A DNA stretch of 64,000 nt from Phallusia mammillata (lineage: Eukaryota): positions 19,778,001-19,842,000 of the forward strand of contig OZ281497.1 in the NCBI GenBank assembly GCA_965637545.1, given 5' to 3'. The translations under genes and the position numbers were made by a program. Shown here in pieces: positions 1 to 12,981 of this stretch; position 1 is the first letter of the stretch; every line of letters begins with the position of its first letter. The notes under the pieces were generated by a model. The model worked only from the letters and a program-made list of their open reading frames with translations, had not been told where the DNA came from and ran no database searches.

Positions 1-83
1 ACTTGAATATAGAGAATAAGACCGTTGGTATAAACAGTTTTGGAAGCACGACTTCAGCACTGATAAAATAGCCCATGTCTTAC

Positions 84-3000
84 CGTTTCACGCAAGCCTC
101 GTATGCAATCGTCGCTGGCGTTTTCCAGGTAAAACTTTTTGTTAAGCATCAAACACTCGGCTCCGTTGCTTACGAGGGAGAGTCGCGGTTGGTCGTTGTA
201 CAAATTCGACCCAACTCCGAACACTTCACCTTTGGTGAGCTTCCGAACATTGATGTGAGTTGGGTGAAGTTGGTCCATTTTCGTGGCGGTCTTGGTGGTC
301 ACTGCTGGACTCTTTGAAACAATACGTACATAAAAGATGGAAAACTACAGATTTCCACATACGTTGATGCTATAGTCAAAATAAAGAACCGTGTGACTTT
401 GCATCCAAACACCCTTAGCTGAAAAACAAACATGAAGGTTTAAAAGAACAACTTCGAACGTACGTTGGAGTATTCATCAGAAGTACATATGAACAAAAAC
501 GATTTTCAACGATAGTTTATCTCAATTCATACCGTAGTGCTTAATAAGAAGTTGTTGAGGTCAATCTGTTTTTGTGCTTCTTCAACATTTCCATCAATCA
601 CGACAGTTTCAATATCGCCTTGGTAACCTACTCCGGTAACTGCTGCGGATGGTTGTCTTTCGGTTTCCGATCCAACTGACATTCGACTAGCTACAGGAGT
701 CGGTCCAGTTCGAAGATAAGCCGCCTTCATAGGGCTCGGGGTGCGAGGCGGGTGCCGGTCAGAGTGTCGGCTCAATCTGAAACCGTTAGCGGAGTTCTCC
801 TGCACGTATTTTGATAGTTCGGGGTTCTGGTGAAAGTCGGTGGACGGAGAGCTCGGTTTGTGTTTTATTTCACTTCGGGACGTCGACAGTGGAAGCTCGG
901 TTCTGTGATCGTACTCGTCCATGTTGGCTTGCGGTGACGTTGATAATCCAATCACGTCGGGATTTAGCTCTTTTAGGATTGTGCCTGAAAACACATGGCA
1001 GCTTACATATGTAAATTCGGCATCGCTGTATGACTTCATTTGCCCAGTTGTATGTTTTTCGCAGTAGCGAATAACAATCCCATCGACACAAAGAAAATGA
1101 CAATTCGGGGGGGAATGCAGCGGAAAAGTGTTACTGTTGCCTGTATTGTGTATACGCAAGTAAACTCAGGATATCACTTGCCTGTAGCTGCAGCAGAACG
1201 AGAGAAATGGCACTAAATACGTCTAGGCAGTTATCCCATTAGTTTCTTGGTGCAATCTATGACCGAAAACCTGTCACGCTTTCGTATATACTTACTCATT
1301 TCAAGTTGGTGGTATACACTTGCTTCGTGTGCCTTGTTCTTTTGCTCTTCCTCCTTTTCTTGCAAAGCTTGCATATGATCTACGCATTGAGATAAAAGTA
1401 TTGTGTCATATCTTATAAATATTAATTCTATAGACCACACCCACCTTCTTCAGTAACTGCATCGGATTTATCCACAAGCCGCGGAGTAAGATTGGGATCG
1501 GGCTTAAATTTTTGCTCCTCTTTTGTCCTTCTTAACACTTGCTCTTTACTCAGGTTTTCGACCATCAGCATTTTCATAACAGAGCAACTTCCCTTTGACA
1601 AAAATAGCAGCCAATATGAACAAATTTTCTGATTTTGTTGGTTGTGGCATGCCTTACCGATTTTACAACGTAAATCCACTCAGTGTTGAAATCGTCTTTG
1701 ACTAGTAGAGCTCCTCGTTTGAAATAACGGAACAAACAGCGGTTTGGGTTTTCGTTCAGCAGTTCGGTCGGCCATTGATTTAGCAGCGACACAGACCTGG
1801 CAACATTTTTAAATACAACCTTGATTACTTCTAAACATGGTTTCATAAGTCGTTGAGACAATAAAATAAATGTTTTTGGGTAAACATAATATGTTAGACT
1901 ATTTTTTGCGTCACGAATAATTTGAAACTAAATTTATAAGATGTTCAACGGGAATAATTTCTGATTTTTCTTGCACATTTTCAAAAAATCTGAAAGGAGT
2001 TTAATGACGATTTCGTGAACTTTCTGCCTAATTGAGTTTACCGTAAAAACTTTCCCCGGTCCGGATCAGTAAACAGCCCTCCACCGCCTCCAGTGATAAA
2101 AATTTCCTGATACTTTTCCCGATCCAGTACCAGAAATTCACAGTAACCACTTGTCGCAACAGTCCACTCCCAGTTAATGTCCTCTAAAATCTCGTGCTCC
2201 TAAGATTTGAGCACAACAGCACAAAAGATAAAATCATGTAGGTCAGAATATGAATCCAATTTATAAAGTGGTAGCTTGAACATTTTGCGCCGTTGTTTAG
2301 AACGATTTCTGCCCGAACGTACATTGAACTTTCTTTGTTAATACTTAAACATAACCTTTGGTCGTGTTTACAAGAGCAGATTTAAACACACAATAATAGT
2401 TTAAGAACTTTTGATACAAGTTCGTAAAGGGAAAAGTAACTTTGAAGTCGCATTGAGCATTTGTTTGAAAAGAGTTGTTTACATTTTCAAGGTAAATGCG
2501 ACATTGTAGGCATACGACACACGACATTGCAATAATCCTAATATTACTACTTTACTGAAGCTTTTAGGGCTGTTTTGGATTCCGGAAAGTTATCAAAAAG
2601 TAAAAGACCTTCAGCCGGGTAGATAATACAAGAATTCTTACACCAAACACGTCCCCCCTTTTAAGAAACTGCACAGGATTCGTGTTTCCCGACTCATCCT
2701 CTTTCATAACGACCGCAGATCCAGCCAACAGGATGTAGTAGTTCAAAGGGCGCCTTCCCTCCCGGACTACAATGCGCTTGCCTTCGAAACTGCGTGGAAA
2801 AGTAAATTTGAACTCTGTCACAAGCAATATACAAACAGGTTTTATAGAACCAATATGTGCAGTTGCGTCACTAAGTTAAGGTGTGGTTTGATTTCTTGGC
2901 CACAGGAACCACATTGAAGGATATTTACAGTCCGTCAAACTGATTGATGGTGCAATTCGACTTTTCATATGCAGCTGCGTGTCGTTTATTTAACTGCATG

Positions 3001-5606
3001 AATCATCATCCTATTGAGGCAATGGCTTTGTTCCTTATCAAGGTTTTTACAGAAGGTACATTACTTAAGTTCGCGGCCGTCTGACGGTAAAGGGAATAGT
3101 CGAAACATTGTGTCTGTACAAACAGAAATTGTCTCGTACCCGACGAAATATCCGTGGCGCCCTATCTGCTTTTGTACCGACGTCGAGTAATCCGATACTG
3201 CTTTGATGTTGCGGAGAGCGGCTTGAACCTGCAGAACAAAATCCAACATCACGCACCTGAAGACTCTTGGTTTGAAACTTCCAGCTCAGCTAAGTGGCTC
3301 TGGCAATTATTATTTACACAGTCGCGTGTTGCGTGCTCCTGGTTTTGTTTTCCTTGTTTATAACAAACGTAAAGTTTACTTTGTGGCGATTTGAAGTGCG
3401 AGCCCTTGACAAGATTTGCTATGCCACATTGTGTTGCATGGTCCTTACCCAAGCGTGATTGAGTTCGAGTCAATAATTTGTCAACACGAGTAGCCCCCGC
3501 GTGGCATGTGAAGTGTTCTACAATGGACTATGCGCCGGAATACAAAGTTTACACCAGAAGAATGCCCTCAACCCACCAGGTTTATCTCCTTATCTGTCCG
3601 TTTGCGCGAAGCGAGCGTCAATATGCGTCTTGTGGTATCAGAAAGCCGGAGCTATAAAACACAAAACTTGGGTCCATTATTAGGGCACTTTTTTGTCATT
3701 CGGCAACACGAACCTGGTTCTTCATTTTATAGTCGGTGACGTCGAACAGAACCTCGCGCTTGGCCTCACCGGCAGTGACGCCACTAAAGTCGTCAGATCC
3801 GCTACTGATGTTGTAACTGTCGTCCACAATCATTCTGTGTGATTTGCAGAGGCGTGTGAACCAAATCGACGTTTTTACTGCCACGTACCACTTCATCATC
3901 AACGCATCCTGAAACCACGAAAACATGTATCAACATTTGTATTTCTTTTTAAATGTAAACAAGAAACGATTTACCATTCGAGATGCCTTTACATGGCGAA
4001 AAGGCTGTGGGCTTCCTCTGCCATCCGTTTTTGTCATCAAGGTTCGGGATGTTCTCATTCTTCGCAGTCTGCGCTGTTTTAGAGCACCTTCACAAACGAG
4101 ATCGCGATTATTTTTCTTGTTTCTATAAATTTAAATGTTTAACTTCGTACCACTTCCTTCGGAGTCGGGAGTATCTCCGTCCTTACTCACTGTGCGAACT
4201 GTGACAGTCGAGTTAACAGTCATCGATGAGGAAGTTTTCTTATGACTGGGGGAGTGACCAAGAGCGTTAGTCGGTGACTGAGTTACTTTCGAGATTCCTG
4301 CATGTGAGGTTTGTTCGTTAAAGTATTTTTTTATTTTTTTCGAATTTTTACTGTCGTTTTTTACTATTTTGGAAACTTTCATTTGAAGCTGCCTTAGGTT
4401 TAAAAGGTTTCGATAATACAAAAAAACTAACGCCGTCTTGAGCTATAATTCGACTTTTAATGACACACCTTGCGATTCTCTTACTCCAGAATCAAAAACG
4501 TCCGCATCGGAAGAGATTCTGCGCTTTGTGATCTCCTTTATATTGTCGTTTGTATTTTCTCTATCTGCTCCAAGTTTGATAATATTTTCTCTATCTGAAC
4601 TTCTAGTTTCGATAAACTGTTCTGGCTTCGTTTGATCCTGGAAGCTCGCCTTCTTTGACATCCTCCGAGCAATGGGCGGAAGCTGGATGCGGTTTCTTCC
4701 TCCTTCTCTCTTCCACTTTGTGATTCTCCTCTCCCTCTTTACAAACTCCCTGTGTCCTTCACCGTATTTAATCTCAGGCGAGGAGAATTCAGAAACATGA
4801 AAATGTTCTTCCACCTCCATATGTTGGCGAAAATCGTTTTGAGCCATATACTGCATACTGTGCCGCAATCTCTTTAGCATACCACCGTCCATTTTGTTCC
4901 GCTTTTTAAGCGTTGGGCGATTTGGAAAGCAGAATAAACCTTCTTTGTCCTCCTGTACCGTAGGTAGGGACCGCTTGCTGTAGTTTACCTTTTCATAGTT
5001 CTTAGCTTTTGCATCAGTAACTGGTGGCAACTTTTGGCGTCCATGTGTTCTAAACTCATCTGAGGTTTGTTGTTTCACATCTGGTAAATCCCTGTGTAAT
5101 TTCGGCACTCTTGTGTGCTGCGAACTTTCATGTTGTAAACTGAGGGACCTTCCGCTTTTCAATCTCCACTTGTGAACGCGATATGGGTCCTTTCTTGCAT
5201 CGTGAACATGACCGCTGTATTGGTGAGTAGCAGGAAGAGAACGACTTCGGCTATTTCTCCCAGAAACTCCTCCCATAGCCTGTAAAGTCCTCAGCATGTT
5301 GTGCCGTCGATCAGCACCCAAGTCCTTTGTAAAGCGAAGCGGGGATCGATCTGAACTAACCAAGGTTGGCAAACTTTTTAATTTACCATCTTGTTTAGTT
5401 CGGTCGCTTTGCTGTTTCTCAATTTCTGCTTCTTTGTTGTTTTGGCTGTTAATTTCGTGGTCTAAAGTATCATGACTTCGTGCGTTATAGCTTCTGGCGT
5501 CTTGGCGTACCTTGTTTGCGGCAACAAGCTTCTTTTGAGTTTCGGGCATTGAACCCTTGTTCGCGACGCCATTTAATCGTGGATTAGTGAGACAAAGAGA
5601 AACCAT
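84..5606 (-). CDS. Cyclic nucleotide-binding domain protein (CNBD1/CNBD2-like), multi-exon, 3' end beyond the left edge
   Basis: Spliced exons encode two cNMP-binding folds: LRLSDTTRRILT..RTDKEINL / VQAALRNIKAVSDYSTSVQKQIGRHGY / SFEGKRIVVREGRRPLNYYILLAGSAVV..LKRGDVFG / EHEILEDINWEWTVATSGYCEFLVLDRE (exons ~3660-2040), then RCLFRYFKRGALLVKDDFNTEWIYVVKS/GSC (~1860-1430) and HINVRKLTKGEVFG..SLVSNGAECLMLNKKFY (311-84). Large basic low-complexity first coding exon ~5606-4485; the ATG at 5606 is inferred. Confidence 0.8.
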
Positions 5607-6459
5607 TCCTTTGCCGAAAGTTTTCACAACAAACTAAAAAACCTTTCAATAAAATTGAGACAGTGTTATAGGTTAGCTGTGACAATTACCAACACAGCTA
5701 CTGTAAACATAAAGTAAGCTTATGCTCTCAGTCCCACCAGACTATCTAATTTCTCCAACGCTAGTTTAACATTGCCTCCTGCCTGTAGAGCATTTTATTT
5801 CTCATCTGCCTGACATCTGCTTTGTGTCATTCCCTGGCAGCAAATAGGGCAACAGCCGAACGGCTTACAATGCACATTTCTCTTGTCTGTGTGGAATTCC
5901 AATAGTGTTTTTGAATCGCGTGAGCTGGTGACATTACATGACCAGCACAAACAGCTAGGACATAAATTTCGCTCCGCTCGTGTGACTTTCTATGCCACCA
6001 GCCACCTCGATCTGTATTGTTTTGTCAGCGTCCGGTTACAGAACGAAGGCTACTTAAGGGGTGTAATCACGGGGTAGTAACTTAAACCAGTCAGAACTCG
6101 TTTAAAGCAAGCGAATTACCTCCTTTGTTCAAATCAGAATGTGATCTGACAGACTGTAGTTCTCGCTAAATCCCATTCCGAACTGCCAGTCACAGCTCGG
6201 CACGTACTATCACGTGATGTCTATCATCTCCCGCGCAGCTGTTTACAAAAGTTTAATAAAGAGCGCATTACCTCATTTGCTTTGTCTAAATTTCGTCTCG
6301 TGTATTGTTGCGTGGGAGGCGCGCCCTTGAAAAATAAATCTCACTGCCCTTTAAACGTGCAATCTGTCTAAAATCCAAGAAAACGAGGACTACGTTATTG
6401 TAACCGCTTGCTCTTGAGTCGAAATTTGTTGTGTAATAAGTGTCGGATTTGCTGTGAAG

Positions 6460-6613
6460 AGACGTAGTCGAGCACCTACTCCAGTCTTTCGCCAAGAGCG
6501 CGAAATGCACTTGGATACTTTAATTTTTTTCTTTTCCCACTCCTTGTCTACTTCCATGTGTTCAACCCAACACAAAGACTTGGCGTTTTATGCCTGTAGA
6601 CAGACTATTATAG
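6460..6613 (+). pseudogene. Remnant of the orphan-gene/Fringe duplication junction (unit 0)
   Basis: gccaagagcgcgaaatgcacttggatact..acccaacacaaagacttggcgttttatg..gtagacagactattatag matches 7830-7955 and 15315-15432, which partly derive from orphan-gene sequence ~22085-22145. Confidence 0.75.
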
Positions 6614-6754
6614 TGAGGCGACGCACCATTTATTTGTACAAGTCAATCGAATGACGCAAAGCCACAACACGGCACATAAAAAGGCAACACAAGACATGCA
6701 AGAAAAAGGATCGCTTTGCGTCCTATGCATGTGGGGAAATACAGGGTCGCTACA
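6614..6754. mobile_element. Solo LTR-like insertion (141 bp, TG...CA, 4-bp TSD)
   Basis: Begins TGAGGCGAC and ends GTCGCTACA (imperfect inverted ends), flanked by ATAG at 6610-6613 and 6755-6758. The paralogous empty site gtattATAGcttg is present at ~7948-7960 and ~15425-15437. Confidence 0.75.
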
Positions 6755-6802
6755 ATAGCTTGTATTTTACTTGGATTCGCATGAAATGTAATATACAAAA
6801 AA

Positions 6803-6868
6803 TCAGAGACACAGTTTGTCTTTGGGGTAAATGAGACAGTGGAAAGAAAGAAACCTGGGTCTTGCTTT
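6803..6868 (-). pseudogene. Fringe last-exon remnant
   Basis: Encodes KQDP..(4-bp deletion)..FLSFHCLIYPKDKLCL*, homologous to the terminal exon at 8141-8007; the rest of the gene is absent. Confidence 0.8.
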
Positions 6869-7027
6869 TGTAATTTGTAATTTTTGTAATTTTATGTCCC
6901 GCGTTAAAATCGTATTATAGCATTTTTCGTGTGGAAATTATGTACCAGGAGTTTTGTGTTATACGAGACTTTGTTTTCGTCTATTATTCACACTGGACTC
7001 ACTCTACAATCTCTACTGTACTCTCCA

Positions 7028-7935
7028 GGTAACGTGTTCTTACGACATGCATCTACCTGGTTGGACGACACTGGTATGGTGATGGAAGTCCCCGCGCTAA
7101 CCAATAGACAGAAACACATTGGAGCCAATTCTAGAAGTATGTTTGTTTTCCAAAAAAATATTCTGTGCATTTGTCGTTCTTTTTGATATTTTATCTTAAG
7201 CGCCAAGTTATTTATTTAATGAAGTCAATTAACCACTATTTCCCGCAACATAATTTTCTTTCAGAAACTACGGAGGGACGATTACCGATGGACTATATAC
7301 TCTTATCCGGAAATGGTGTCACTCAAGCTTGACAATATGTGAATACACGTAATACAAACTAGTCACTTTACAAAACAATGAACCATAAGATAAAAGAAAC
7401 CTGTGTAGTTTTTGCAGTATGGATCGCCTAAGCCACGACGGAAACCTGCTATTGCAATAGCCATGGTCCCAGTGTCAGCGGAAAGTCACCACAACCTACC
7501 GACTCGGGATCAAAAACAGTTAAACCAGCTCTGTGCATCGCTGCAGCCTCCAGGGAAGACGAGCAACACAAGCTCCAAATCAAGCTTCGCAAGTCATTCA
7601 ATTGGTCGGTGACTCGGAGATTTGGGACGCAGGTGACATGAACAACAGCCAAACATCAGTCGCTTTGTCGGCCGATGAACCCCGTGCGCGCAAACTTACC
7701 GCCTTCGCCAACATATCCATGGGTTCCTCAAGCGATAAACACCAGTCGCCTCTTCCGCAGGAACCAAACAACAACGAGAACGAGCCAACGGGAAGAAGCA
7801 AGGAGTTTTGATGGGACAGGAGCACCAACATTGGCAAGAGCGCGAAATGCAGTTGGATACAAGTTTTTTTTCCCCACGCCCTTTGTCTGTCTACTTCTGT
7901 GGGTGCTACCCAACACAAAGATTTGGCGTTTTATG
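7028..7935 (+). pseudogene. Degraded copy of three exons of the orphan gene
   Basis: ASTWLDDTGMVMEVPALTNRQKHIG (source 21032-21177); aaactacggagggacgattaccgatgg with an internal deletion (source 21308-21423); QAPNQASQVIQLVGDSEIWDAGDM (source 21487-22140) with frameshifts and a stop (ttttga at 7806-7811). Confidence 0.85.
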
Positions 7936-8006
7936 ACCGTAGACAGAGTATTATAGCTTGTATTTTATTTGGATTCGCATGAAATATAATATACTTGAGA
8001 AAAAAA

Positions 8007-9891
8007 TTAGAGACACAGTTTGTCTTTGGGGTAAATGAGACAGTGGAAAGATAGAAGCCTCGTTGGGTCTTGCTTTTCGTCAAACTTTGCTTTGTCTTTG
8101 CTCAGACTAATTCGATTGTGGTTCTTGTAGCTGAGCGAAATCTACAGCAAAATTACACAACAGTTTAACACAACTATTTAAAATTGTGTTAATTCTTTCC
8201 AAAATAAGGCTAATTGTGCCACATTTCCTGAGTAAATGCAACATTGGTTGAATTTTTATTTTCTGATTGGAAACATGCTTATTTTTTGGCACTGTTTATT
8301 ATTGGACGTTTTGTCCGAAGCCTAACCACAACATGTGTCATCACAGCAAACAACATTTACCTACAAATAGAGAGGTAAATAACCATGGCAATCATACAAA
8401 AACACAACAATCGTTTTTTAAAAAAATATTCACACCTGTTCGTGTAAGGTCTCCTCTGTCAAATTTTTTAATCTTTCCAAATGCGAGTGAAATAAAACTG
8501 ATTCTGTCAAGCTGACGTTGAGAAGATGAGTGACGATGAAACCTACTGCGCAGTCGTCATTCATGTGAAAATCTTTGCAAGTTTGCATAAATTTCCCTTC
8601 CCTGTAAATGCAACTTCTTTAAAGCTAATGAAAGCATGCTTAACTCCAATCAAGTGAAGTTGAATAACCAACAAAGTTAACCTACCCAATCCACGGTGTC
8701 ATCTGTTTGGCCAACACAGTAGTCATACAGAATCCACTTCCACCATGGGCATATTGATATGGATATTCTGTGCCATTTATTCTTGCCTACAAAAGAGCGA
8801 GAATTGAAATTCTTATGCATCTGAGCAAACTGTTTCAAAGTCCAAAAACTAAGCTTCTCATTGACAAATATAATTTTTTTGTTGCTTTTATACCCGTAAT
8901 GCTTTAGTATTTGAATCGCGATCTTTTAATTATTTCCGTAAAGGAATTTTAGAACGATTCAATTTTTGTATTTTTTTTTTCATACAAAGACTAAACACAA
9001 ATACTTGTGTTAGCCTCTCTGGTCCAAAGACTTGAAATCCCAACAATACCTTGCGGGAATCGACAGTCCTTCTTCCTATGTACCAAGGTTTTCTCCAGTC
9101 GTATTTTCGTAGCAGCTTCTCAAGGTTTCTGACGTTGACGTAATCGTCGTCATCGAAATGGCACCACCACCTTCGTAAGCATGCAAAGTTATGATCCAAT
9201 TTTATTTTCATCAGAAGTTTGAAGGCTAAGTTATACCTTGAAGCTTGTTGTGTTGCCAAAAGGGAGAATTCGTAATCGAGTTTGCAGCAAAGACCAGCCC
9301 TGCATTGCGTGAAATTCGTTTAAAACATATGTATAGATTCCGTCGTTACCTGATTCTTGATTCAATGATCATTTTCAACTTACTTAGTGTGGGTCGTAGG
9401 GCAATTTGTAGTAACCAGGCGATGACCTTAAAAATTACAAACTTACTTCTTAGCTGCTACATAATATTACCTGATAAATTACATTTAATACAGCTGGTTA
9501 AGAAAAGACATAAAATGATTACCATAGGCTTTCAAAACGTACCTGTTCTTTTATCATATTTCTTGTCTCCTTCATCGCTGATAAAGAACACCTTCACAGT
9601 TATGTTTGAATTTAGTATAAAACTGCATCTCGGTTTTTATGATGTTGTACTCACGTTGTTCTCGACCTTTTGGAACCACGTCTTTAACACTGCGTCAAGT
9701 CGACTATCGAAAAACTTCTTGCTCGTTTTTACGGTGTACAAGATCATGTTTGCGTCAGACGTCTTAGGAGGCCATTTCAGGACATGCTGGTTTTGCTCGA
9801 AATATCGCCCAGTGCCGAACAGCAAAAGGACAATGACGATTGCCATAAACAACAAAATCGTTTTACGTTTTACGGGCCGACAGATCTTCAT
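8007..9891 (-). CDS. fng: Fringe-family beta-1,3-N-acetylglucosaminyltransferase, copy 1
   Basis: Eight exons: 9891-9655 (TM + LYTVKTSKKFFDSRLDAVLKTWF), 9591-9543 (VFFISDEGD), ~9428-9386 (HRLVTTNCPTTHT), ~9300-9237 (AGLCCKLDYEF), ~9175-9050 (WWCHFDDDDYVN), ~8785-8687 (YAHGGSGFC), ~8601-8436 (MNDDCAVGFIV..LFHSHLE), 8141-8007 (ISLSY..DPTRLLSFHCLIYPKDKLCL*). Splice phases are consistent and no lesion was seen. Confidence 0.92.
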
Positions 9892-10325
9892 CTTGCCTGA
9901 GGTTTTATCGAGGTAAACAATCAAGTGAGTGTTATTTGTGGCTATTAGGCCGACAGTTATGGGAAAATGCCTTTGCTGTGGTAAAATCATACTTTGTATA
10001 AATGGCTATTGAAATAAACAAAAACTGACGATATTTGCTAAAAGATTTTTTTTGCACAGCAGTAAAGGTTATTTGCAATCCAACCTATCATACAAGAAGT
10101 TAAGATCGTGCTGGTTTGACTTTTACAATACAGTTTGGTATTTCTACATTAATAATACTAAATCGGCATTAGCAGCATTTAAATTGCGCAAATATATTTA
10201 AAATACCTAAAGCATAAACGTTTATCCCGAATTGAACTCGCTTATCGATATTATTAGTTAATAATATCGTCCCTTATTGCAAAGTTGGGCATGTTGTCCA
10301 AATTTGTAAGAAACGGCGTGTCTAA

Positions 10326-10592
10326 GCTGCAGATGTACTGTTTCGGCCTATAAAGTCTCATCAGTGCAGCTGGTGACGAGAGATCGGCCGCATTGGCTAG
10401 TGTAGCCATCAAACGGCACAATTTGTTGTCCAGTTGTGACATCGCACAGACTAGTTGAGGCGTGGGTTTGTACCCTGTTGCTCCCAACAAACCGGAGTGC
10501 CGTTGTATGGCTACACTAGCTTATAGGTCGAAACAGTGTGCACTATGCCTGCAGATTAATTCTCATTTATTGGCTTTATGCTTTTACAATGA
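10326..10592. mobile_element. Foldback/MITE-like insertion with ATGGCTACACTA core
   Basis: Inverted repeats tagtgtagccatcaaacggcac (~10398-10419) / gtgccgttgtatggctacacta (~10496-10517) and ctgcag..actgttttcggcctataa / ttataggtcgaaacagt..ctgcag. 9-bp direct repeat cgtgtctaa at 10317-10325 and 10593-10601; the paralogous flank near 17860 has a single cgtgtctag. Confidence 0.55.
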
Positions 10593-11059
10593 CGTGTCTA
10601 AATGTTTTATTTGCACTTTTTACTAATTTGCAAGTTCTAATGCTCAAAGATGACTCGATAAAATGCCATAGTGATGAAAACTTCTCTCGTTCCACCCACT
10701 TGCCCCTTCCCACGTCCATGCGTGAAATTCCTCAAAAGCTTTCTGTTCAAGAAACTGCAGTTATGTGTTCAACGATGCACAAATAGCTCAAAAATCAGCT
10801 TAGTCATTTCGAGAGGGTTGGCTACCTGCGAAATGTTCTTCACATTTGTAACCCCTAATGGCTTTTCACATTTGTACCCCTTTTTACATTTGTAACCCCC
10901 AATGGCTTACCAGAAGTGCTTAATTTATGTTTGCATTAGCTCCCATACAAAAAGAATGTAAAATAATTAATTGCGGTTTACTGTGTGTTTGCAAATGTAA
11001 TTTTGTGTCCCGCGTTAAAATCGTATCATAGCATTTTCTGGACACACTCTACAATCTCT

Positions 11060-11335
11060 ACTGTACTTTCCGGGTTACGTGTTCTTACGACATGCATCTA
11101 CCTGGTTGGACGACACTCGTATGGTGATGGAAGTCCCCGTGCTAACCAATAGACAGAAACACATTGGAGCCCATTCTAAAAGTATGTTTTTTCCCAAAAA
11201 TATATTCTGTGCATTTGTCGTTCTTTAATATTTTTTTGATATTTTTATTTATCTAATGAAGTCGATTAACGAATTTTTCCCTCGACATAATTTTCTTTCA
11301 GAAACTACGGAGGGGCGTTTACCGATGAACTACAC
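11060..11335 (+). pseudogene. Second degraded copy of orphan-gene exons (5' part), interrupted by a hAT insertion
   Basis: HASTWLDDTRMVMEVPVLTNRQKHIG exon and the start of the next exon (aaactacggaggggcgtttaccgatgaactacac), cut at 11335 by CAGGGGTGGCCAACC. Confidence 0.8.
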
Positions 11336-11606
11336 CAGGGGTGGCCAACCGGCCAAAGCCTAAGAGCCACATTTGTTACTGTGTTACATCAAAGAGCCAC
11401 ATTACACACGGGCACACATGTTCATTGCCTTGTCCCTTTCTCACACAGAGAGACCTGTGCTTAACTAGATATATTCTAAATGTCGCACACAAACATAATA
11501 ACGACACAATTTGACTTCTATATAGACCACGACACAATTTGACTTGTAAATGTATATGTATAGACCAGTGGTTCTTAACCTTTTTATAACGGCCGAACCC
11601 CTACGA

Positions 11607-12572
11607 CAGGGGTGGCCAACCGGTCGAAGCCTAAGAGCCATATTTTTTGTTGCGTTAACACAAAGAGCCACATTATACACATAAGCAGATATGTTCAATG
11701 GCTTGTCCCTTCCTCACACACAGAGACCTGTGTTTAGCCAGATTTATTCCAAATGTCGCACACCAACATAATAATGAGACAATTGGACTTGTACAGACCA
11801 CGGCCAGTCATTTTCAACACTGTCTCTCACACAAAACCTTCATTTCAACGAATCTCACAAACAAAATCAAATAAATTAAAATATCCTTTTTGTCTCATTC
11901 TATCAATAACGTGCGGTGAGATTCATGTCTGGTGAATTGCTAAAATCTTTTTTTTTTGCCAGTTTGAAGGCTAACTTGACAAAAATTGTTTACTCAAAAG
12001 ATTTTCCCTGGTGAAAAACTTTGCGGTATTTTCATCTAATGCGCATGCGCCCCAAACGTACGCGCCGAGTAAAAATGCAAAGTGGCGAAACTAAATTCAT
12101 TGCGACGTCACTAATGCATTTACCACCAACAGTTGCTCAAATCAAACCCAATACAAACTTCCCATAAAATACAACGTTCGTCGTAACCCGAAAACCAACG
12201 GATTGAATCACTATTATTTTACTTGGAACACTTTGTTGTAAATATCGCTGTTGCTTTGTGTCTCATTCACATTGTACGCAACAATAAGCAACCATTCATT
12301 GTTCAACAAATGAATATATGAGATCATAATCAAGATATTTGCCACAAAAGGTTGCAGTTTTAAGGCAAGGTTTGTGGCCATACCGATAGTAAGTTCGTTT
12401 AAAAGCAAAATTGTTGAAGCTTTACTTTAAATTCAACGATTTTTGTACCAGATCGCCACATACTAACCAAAATATACACAGTAGGCCCCAAACTTCGACA
12501 ACGACGTAAGAGCCGCATATAACTAGGCGAAGAGCCGCATGCGGCTCGCGAGCCGCGGGTTGGCCACCCCTG
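11607..12572. mobile_element. hAT non-autonomous element (innermost large copy)
   Basis: TIR CAGGGGTGGCCAACC / GGTTGGCCACCCCTG; perfect 8-bp TSD CCCTACGA (11599-11606, 12573-12580); gagccac/gagccgc subterminal repeats. Confidence 0.93.
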
Positions 12573-12924
12573 CCCTACGATATTCTTCAGCCTTTGGTCG
12601 AACCCCAAAGTTACATCCTAGCTTTTTAACCCATTTTGTTTGGTAGGTCATAATTAGTTTTTGTTTAAACGTAGTGGCAACAGTTACTGTTTGTCATTTT
12701 GTTAAATTCTGACATCATAATACAAGCAACTTGTTTCATGATTGCTTTAATTCCGGCAATTTTTAGTTTTTACCGAAATGAAGTATTGTATTTTTAGCAC
12801 CTGTACACAAACAGGAAAAAGATGAAGTAATAAGTTTTTGCTGTCAACAAAATTTCGTTGTTTTTCTGCTTACGAACAACGCCAACAATGCTCTTTGTTA
12901 CGTCAAAAAAATAAAACCTTAGTG

Positions 12925-12981
12925 CAGGGGTGCACAACCATTTTGCAAGGAAACTGTTTAGAGCAGTTTAAAACACCCCTG
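12925..12981. mobile_element. 57-bp hAT micro-element
   Basis: CAGGGGTG...CACCCCTG ends; flanks ccttagtg / cctaagtt (6/8 match). Confidence 0.5.

Larger units (their letters stand above)
6895..11004. repeat. Tandem segmental duplication unit 1 (intergenic + orphan-gene fragment + Fringe)
   Basis: Landmark tgtcccgcgtt(a/g)aaatcgtat(t/c)at recurs at ~6895, ~11005 and ~18345; internal order of blocks is the same as in 11005-18344. Confidence 0.85.

Noticed and set aside
9245-9916. 223-aa plus-strand ORF
   Set aside because: Antisense shadow over Fringe exons and introns; the equivalent frame is broken in copy 2.
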